NCBI GenBank assembly: GCA_013239625.1
Contig: MU053823.1
Location: 85,698-149,697, forward strand
Direction: 5' to 3'
DNA length: 64,000 nucleotides
From: Lama guanicoe
Lineage: Eukaryota
A program made the position numbers and the translations under genes. Of this stretch, positions 53,801-62,500 are shown piece after piece (position 1 is the first letter of the stretch; every line of letters begins with the position of its first letter). The notes under the pieces were generated by a model that had not been told where the DNA came from, made no database searches, and saw only the letters and a list, made by a program, of their open reading frames with translations.

Positions 53801-56800
53801 TACCAACTATTGTCAAGGATATCCATTCGGCTTTCATCCTGTCACTCCATCTCCAATGTACCTTTCAAGATTACTACCCTGGGGAAGAAGAAATAGGTTT
53901 GCATGTGACTTTTACGGCCAGAAGTGGAAGTGGCATATATCACCTTGCCCTGCCTGCAAGGGATGCTGAGAAATGTAAAGGATTATATTGCTATTATTTG
54001 CCCCTGTTGTACTCTTTTATGGAAATCAAAGTGATTTTGATATTTTGAACAAAGTAGAATAATTCAACTTTTGGCAGATATACTGCTAATCTTCTTGTAA
54101 GTCTCAAGTGTGCCTAGACAGGAGGAAAAGTTGAATAGATTCTGTTTTTCTCTCTGCTGCTAACAGACGTAGAGAAATGTGTCTAGGAATGCTTGGCTGT
54201 CTACTAATCCTATTTTCTAATAAGAAATGTGGCAATCATGATTCCATGTAATAGCATGTTTATTTCTTTTTAAAAAACTAAAAAGCATTGTTATTACTTT
54301 ATTTTCATATCCCTCTTAATACCAAGCATACATTTTCTTTCCAATCCTAAGAGAAAACATGTCGATGGAATGACCCAGAAAATCTGAAAAGAGACTACCA
54401 TCATTACATTCTTAATCCAAATATTCTGTAATGATCTGTACAAATTTTGCATTTGGTATTTGTCACCCATCTATTCTTTCGTTTTCATTCTCAGTTACAT
54501 CACCTTAGTCCTGAGACTCCCATTTCCATTATTTCATAACCCAATTACTGAAAAACCATCCCAATTTAGCTGCCTTGCCTACCCTCTTTCTCCACTTCAA
54601 TCTAGCCTGTGTCCTGTGAAAGTTGTATCACCCTTACACATTGCTTTTATTATGCCATCTATTTCTCATACATGGTCACTACTTCTGGAATTCAAATAGT
54701 CACTATATGTAAGGCTTTAAAAGAGCATGTTTAACTCTATCATTTTATATATATTATACTTACATATTTATACATACTATCTTATCTAGCTTCTGATCTC
54801 TGGAGGGTCATTTTTTTTTTAATCAGCCTAACTGCTGCCTCCTTAACAGATCTGATTTATTTTTCCTAACCTTCATGGCGTTTTATTATACAGTCACACC
54901 TACTACTTACTCAGCTATGTTAAACACACCCTCAACACAGACATTCTTCTCCTGAGGAGCAAGTTTCTCATTATCCCTTTGGAGCATCCGTTCCGACCTC
55001 TGTACAATACATGTGCAGCTGTTTTCTTCGAATGCCTTCTTCATTCTCCTCTGTTTCTCTCTTTCCATGGCCATCTTTTATGTTCCACTGTGGTAAAGTC
55101 TTTTCTGGTCAATCTAAACTTTATTTTCGGTCCTTTATTGAGTCTCTGCTGTCTATAACACATGCTTTACTATATATTATTGTTTGCGTCTCTATATCTC
55201 ATTAACTGCTAAAAAAAAAATTCCTCAAATCCTCTAGCTGTAGCTATGATCCATTCCTCTTGTTTGGTTCTCACTGCACGTGGAGAACACGTGATCATGC
55301 CATGGGTGTACAAGCAGTATTTGGTGTTTTAAACTAATCTTTGTCCTTCCCTTCACCAGTGGAATAATCAGTTTAGGGAGACTTACATTTGTTTTCATTT
55401 CTAGAGAAAATTATATTACCTCTAGACTATTTGATGAAGCAAGAGGATTAGCCTTCCAACAGGACAAAGAGATAAGTGAACAAAGTAACAAGCTGGCAGG
55501 TTAAACTGTTCTAAGAGTAAACATTCCCTGAGAATATGACCTTATTCTACTTGATAAATAAGGAAGCTCTAACAAATTAATGATAGAACTGAGGCTGACA
55601 CTGGGTTCTGTGTGTTGTGTGTCCACAGCAGGTCCTCTAGGTGCTCCAGGAGCTCACGGAATACCTCATTCAACGGCAGCGAGAGACGGCTCTCCAGCTG
55701 CAGAAGTGAAAGAGACAGTCCGGAAGTATTTCCCTGAGACTTGGATCTGGGACTTGGTGAAGCTCAAGTAAGTTGTGTGTTGCCTGGAATCGAGTTCAGA
55801 AAAGGATCTGAATCCTCCCCTGTGATTCTAGTGTGGTCACTGGTTCCTTATCCTTTCCGTTCTGCTCCACTCTTTTGTGGTAGATATTTAGATTCATAGT
55901 TCATTTATCTCATAGCTAAACAATGCAAGGTTTTGTCTTGTTCTGTTTAGTCTAATTTGGTCCTGAGATAACTGAAATGACAGAAAGTAGAAAGCTACCC
56001 TCGACTCTAAAAAGAAAAAAACAACTTTCGGAAGCCTCACTAGGTGCACCAAACCTTAGATGAAGTTTAGCATTTATCACACTCAGTTCCTAAGTGGTCA
56101 CACCCAGGGATCACCAGTTGTCCATGCTCAAAAAGGGATTCTCACCCTCTTTTTTCCCTCACTAGTGTATCAGGTAGAAGTGAGTTGGCAGTGAAGGTCC
56201 CTGACACCATCACAGAGTGGAAAGCCAGTGCCTTCTGCTTGTCTGAAACAGCAGGGCTCGGCCTCTCCCCTGTCACCTCTCTTCAAGTCTTCCAGCCCTT
56301 CTTCGTGGAACTCACTCTCCCCTACTCTGTGGTTCGAGGAGAAGCCTTCACGCTCAAAGCCACTGTGTTCAACTACCTGTCCAGTAGCATTCGGGTAAGG
56401 ACCCTTCTCTGGACATAAGGGAAACTAGAAGGAGGAAACACGATCACCATTCATTACCTGGGTCTCCCAGGTAACCTCCTAGGAAATCAAAATTGAGTAT
56501 GATGCTGCCTAAGTTTGAAAGGGAATGAGTACTAAGAACTAAGAATGAAGCTATCCAACAGGTCCAAGGTAGTAAGGTTAATATTCATTTGGGATTCTAT
56601 ATTATTTGTAGATTCCTAAATTCAGATATTATTTCCACCTGATTAGTTTTTCACTCTGACTAAAGAAAACATCTCTTCTTTGTGTTGACACAAGCCTAAA
56701 TCCTGGGTATTTATCCTAATTCCCTTCCGTTTTTCAATGTCCTTATGGCAAACATCTAAACTACAAAATATTTGACAGGATTTACCTTGTTTGAACAATT

Positions 56801-59520
56801 CCTCAAAGCCTCTCAATGAGTATGCATTCTCCCTTTAAATTGCTTTCCCCCTGTAACTGACATTTTGCCTGTGTTCTTTCTTAAACTCATGGGTGGAAAT
56901 GGGGGACAGGTCAGCGTGCAGCTGGAGGTCTCTTCTGCCTTCGAGGCCATCCCAGCAGAGAAGAATGAAGAATCTCACTGTATCTGTGGAAACAGACAGA
57001 AAACTGTATCCTGGGCTGTGACCCCAAAGTTGCTGGGTGAGTGGTAAAGTCGTTCACAAACCCTGCTTCTTATGTTGGAATAGTCTGCTTTCCACTCTGA
57101 CCCAGATGCATGTTTTTTCTTCTCCTTTATCAATAATCAATTGAAAGAAAACCATTTTATATATAGGAAGCTAAAAAGAAGAAGGTATTCAATATAGAAT
57201 TGAGGTGGGAAGCCCCTGAAAAAGACAGCAGGACCCCCAGGCAGGGCCACTACCCTTCTGCCAGCACCATTCAGTTCCCTGGCCCAGTGGCATTATTTCA
57301 CTTTTTAAACTCTGAAACTACTTCTAGGAAAGCGGAACTTACCCCCAAGAGTCTATTGGTTCCCTGAGCCAACTCCTGATTGGTCCATTTGTAGTGCTCC
57401 ATTTGCATGGAGCTCACTCCTGATTGGTCCATTTCTCTCAGTCCTGATTGGTCCATTTCCCTCACTCCCGATTGGTCCATTTCTACAAAGCTTATTCCTA
57501 ATTAGTCACCTTTGTTATACCTTATTTGCATATGATGTTACAAAATGTTGCAAAGTCTAGGCTGGTAGCCTATAAAAGCCTGTGTAAACCTACAGACAAG
57601 GGTCCAGAGCTTGGAGTGTTAACTCCTCTGGGCCCACCAGCGTAATAAACCTGAGTTCTCCAACTCTCCAAGAGCTGCTTGGTCTCTTGCCCGGATCCAG
57701 GTTGCTGCCACAATTGAGCTATAACACTGAGCTTTAACACTGAGCTGTAACACACTTGCTGCAACAGAATCACTGTTTAACTGCTTGAGAATCTTACTCC
57801 CCAGGAAAGGTGAATTTCACAGTCACTGCAGAAGCCCTGCAGTCTCAGGAATTGTGTGGCAATGAGGTGCCCCACGTCCCGGCGCTTGGACAGAAGGACA
57901 CCGTAGTCAAACCCTTATTAGTCGAGGTATGAGGGTCTGCTTTCTCCAAGTCTCAGAGACCTTATTATGTAAACAGCATTATTTAATATGTATGTGACAT
58001 TTCATTCTGAAGAATATGAATATGTTCACCACTCAAGTTTTCACTGACATTTTTCTCCTCTATTTTAAATTGACTTTTCTCCTATGCATTCAGCATCACT
58101 TTACCTTTTTACTTTTTTTTCTTTCAATACAAAGCCGGAAGGAATAGAAAGGGAGGAAACTTTCAACACACTTCTCTGTGCATCAGGTAAGTGTCAAAAA
58201 ACAGGCAAAATTCTCATGTTAAACCACTTGCCAAAGTATACAGTTGTGAAATGCCCTTTTGGGCATGTTTCCTCTGGGGGAAAAAAAAGAAACAGAAACA
58301 ATCTTTTCCTAATGAAGGCATAGAGAAGTTAAGAAACTTAACCAAAAACCTCTCAGTTAATAATGAGAGGTAAAGCTGATGATTACAGGACAGGATTCTT
58401 TCCAAGATACCTGTGTTTCTTGAACTTCTTCCTACACAGTTTTCAAACTATTAAGATATCTGTGTGTCACAATGCTATTGGTTATTCAGGCAATAGTTTA
58501 TCTGTACTCATGTTTTTATTTAAACAAATCATCTTAAGAAGAACTTCAAGGGGGGAAAGGCTGTGGGAAGGGATAAATTGGGAGCTCAAGATTTGCAGAT
58601 ACTAACTAAAAATAAAAAATAGATAAACAAGTTTATACTATATAGCACAGGGGACCATATTCAGTATCTTGTAGTAACTTATGGTGAAAGAGAATGTGAA
58701 AATGAATATATGTATGATCCTATATGACTGAAATATTGTTTGAAAATAAGGACCTCCCCAAACAGAAATATAGTCAGAAAGTATCATTGTGCTTAAAACA
58801 GAATCTGGTGCATAGCACACACTTAATGCATATTTATGGAATGACTATGACTTTTTGAAACCACTAGCAATAGTAGAAATTAACATGAACAAGTATCAAT
58901 AAGTATAACACAAGGTATATGCTTATAAGGAAATCTATAGAAATTTACCACAAATATATATGAGTAATATGAACCTCACTGGGAGAGGAGTCGTGGCTTT
59001 AGGAGAAACTTGGATTGCAACAAAGAAATTATACAATGACCAAGAGAAATGAGACATTAGATCTTGATCACATAGAGGAAAGAATGCATACAAAAATAGG
59101 CCATTTCTCTCATTTTTCCCTCCCTTATATCTATTTGTCTTCTTTCATTAGAATCTGCAGTGCCTGAAAACTTCTCATTAAAACTTCCTTCAAATGTGGT
59201 TGAAGGATCTGCCAGAGTGACATATTCTGTTTTGGGTGAGTCTCCCAGCCCAGAAGCAGCTGCTGTCCAGCCCATAATTCTAGTGCCCAAGGCCGCACCA
59301 TCCCTTATTAAAGAGTCCCTGAGTCTAGACACTGGCCTGAGAGAAAGAGCACCAAGCTAAGGACTGCATTGTGTTATTGGTCAGAAAAGAGATTGAGTAG
59401 ATGTGGTGCTACATATTACACCTTGATAACTCTGAAAAGTAAGAAGGGTCATCTGTCTGTACCCTCATCTTCAAGAGAGTGACTAAGTCAGGGTGCTTCC
59501 TAATAGATTTGAAAATTGGG

Positions 59521-59552
<32 letters not shown>

Positions 59553-62500
59553 TACCAGATTTGTGGCTCATCAGAAAAAAGTATCCAGCCATTCAGGTTT
59601 TTCCTGTTTTTTCTATCCTTGAAACATCTACTTTACTGTTTTCCATTTCTCTTTCCTTTTTTCAAAATTCTTTTTCTTTTTAACAGAGGCATTGGGGATT
59701 GAACCCAAGACCTCATGCATGCCAAGCATGTGCTCTACCACTAAGCTGTACCCACTTCCCCTCTCTTTCCTTTCTATTTCTTGTTTTTTCTTCACCTCTT
59801 CTGCTTTCTTGTCCTCCCTTTTATATATGATTGGACCTCTCACTTAGCCAGCAATCTATCTTCCTGTCCCAACATAAATCAGCACTGAGTTCCTCTGGCT
59901 TTTTTCAATCCTTCATCCCCAGGTGACATACTAGGCTCTGCAATGCAAAACCTTCAGAATCTTGTCCAGATGCCCTATGGCTGCGGTGAACAGAATATGG
60001 TCCTTTTTGTCCCTAACATCTATGTTCTGAACTATCTGAACGAGACACGACAGCTGACAGAGACGATCAAGTCCAAAGCCATCAGCCATCTCATCAGCGG
60101 TGAGAGATTGCCCCAAAAGGAAAACACTGATTGATTCCCTTGCTGTCTCCTCCAGTGAACTCAGATCTTTCGATTAAGACTTAATAATGATTGTTGCTGT
60201 GATATCCAACAAGACGTCTCACTGTGTAACCAGAAATGGCAGTGGCGTCATCAAGTCTTGGAGATAGCATAGTAAAATAGTAGTCTCCCTATGATTCTTC
60301 AGCAAGCTTTGAAGAAAAGCCTGCCTAATTCTCCACTGTCTCTGCTATTCCATAAATCTATGAAAACTTCCTCTTCAGGTTACCAAAGACAATTGAATTA
60401 TAAACACAGTGATGGCTCATACAGCACCTTCGGGGATCATGACGGTAGAAGTCAGGGAAACACTTGGTAAGATAATTATTTCCTTCTGTTCTCTGTAGAT
60501 CCGTGGTATTTCGGAATTCTGGAAATTAGCTCTTCTCTGTCACTTGGAGTTCTTTCATAGAAACTTGTTATTCTTTAAAAACCCGTATGTGTATGTATCA
60601 TCACTCGTGGGAGATCTCACCATTTTGTCACTGAGAGCTCCCCTGTTCTAATAGCACAGAAGATAGTACAATAAGGATGTCCTCAAACAGAAATAAAGTC
60701 AGAAAGGGTCATAATGTGAAATGATAGGGGGAAAAAGCTTCTACACTGTGCAAAAAAGGGAAGGAGAAGAGGAGAGGGACAGGAGGAGACTATGATGTAG
60801 TCAAAATCATCAGAAAATGGCAATTTTGATGGTGGGCAGGCTTGGAGTCTCCACCGAATATTTTATGAGAAAAAAGTGAAAAGTATCAGCTGCGGAGAAA
60901 CCCATGAAGTTGAGATATTTTAAAAAATAGATTCAGAAGTTTGCTGGACCAACAAGAGCATATTCAGTATTCAAGTATCATTTCCCCACGAATCCCCTCC
61001 AACAATCTCCCGCATGGAATTGTAAAGATACCTGGAGGCGACTGCACTTGGCACGCTTTGAAAGTGAGATGGTCCTCATGTCTTAGTGTCTTCTTTGCTG
61101 GACAGGCTCACTGCATTTGTGCTCAAGTCCTTTGCTCAAGCCCGGTCACACATTTTTGTGGAGCCTTCACATATCACGGATTCCCTCAACTGGCTGTCAC
61201 AGAAACAAAAGGAAAATGGGTGTTTCCAACGCTCCGGATCACTGCTAAACAATGCTATTAAGGTGATGCCTTCACTTTTGTTCTGAACAAGTGATATGTA
61301 GGAGCAATGATGCTCTGACTGATTCCTCAAGTCCTGGTGACATGGCCTTGAGGAAGGACAGGATACTCTAAAGCTTCTGAAAACTAGTCATAAATGAGTT
61401 GTTTTTTATTGAAAGAAAATAGTGTGCCTCCGAAATTTCAATACATTACTGAGAGTGAGGGGAAATGATTTGGGATAGATTTAAGAGTTTTAGGGTGAAG
61501 GAGGAAGGGGGAAAATCAATACTGTTGCACAAGGAAAGATGCTTTTTAATGAAGATGCTCAAGAGGAAAAGAGAGGTAGCTGACGCTAGCTGATGAACAG
61601 TGGACTGTGTATCTCTGCGTCTGACCCTTACAGGGCGGCGTAGATGACGAGGTGACACTCTCTGCCTACATCACCATTGCTCTGCTGGAGATGCCACTGC
61701 CTGTCACCGTACGTACTAACACTTTTGCTGTCCCTCCTTCACCAACGCAAGGAATGAAACTCGGGGAACTCTGACTCTCTGAGGAAAATGAGTTGTGATT
61801 TACACGTTATTTACGTTAGTATATTTCACTGGACCATGAGGGACTCTAGATCCTTTGGGAAGCTGCAAAGGAGATGATTCTCTGGTCAGAACTGTGATGC
61901 CGCCTAGGCACATGGGGGCGTTTCACCTGGGGTTAGCCTGGGGACAGTTCATTAGCCTGGTTCTGCAACCTTCAGGTCTCTCTTCATTTTCTTTATAGCA
62001 TCAGGTTGTCCGCAATGCTCTGTTCTGCCTGGAAGAGGCCTGGAAATCCACCTCAGAGGCCCAAAGAAGTCTTGTCTATACCAAGGCATTACTGGCCTAT
62101 GCCTTCGCCCTAGCAGGAAACCAGACCAAGCGGCGTGAGCTGCTTGAATCCCTAAACAAAGAGGCTGTAAAAGAAGGTAAGAGCTCCTACAGCAAAACTG
62201 ACTTCCCAAAATCTCCAGTGACCAAAAGAAGAGAGAGGACCTGATGAATTCACACCTATCACCCATCATGCTTGTATTATATTGTATCCATTATTTTGTG
62301 ATAAGAAGAAGATGATGAATTATTATTGATATAACCCTTAAATTCTCTAGGTAACATGAATCATTTTATCATTTCACACATTATAGACTCTCAACAGCCC
62401 AGCTTCTAATATCACACAGATATGTAATAGACACAAAGGCACAAAACACAGTGTGATTGGCTGAAACCCTAATTTACTTTCTTGGCAAAGTTTTGCCTGA

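Noticed and set aside
53394..55628. Alternative or duplicated bait exons in intron 17
   Set aside because: No exon-like duplicate with suitable splice sites and phase was recognised.
57298..57480. Repetitive peptide [16 protein letters not shown]...
   Set aside because: Translation of the CCAAT-box tandem repeat in the LTR; no evidence of coding.
57355..57753. CRISPR-like repeat array
   Set aside because: Adjacent tandem units with no unique spacers, inside a retroviral LTR in mammalian DNA.
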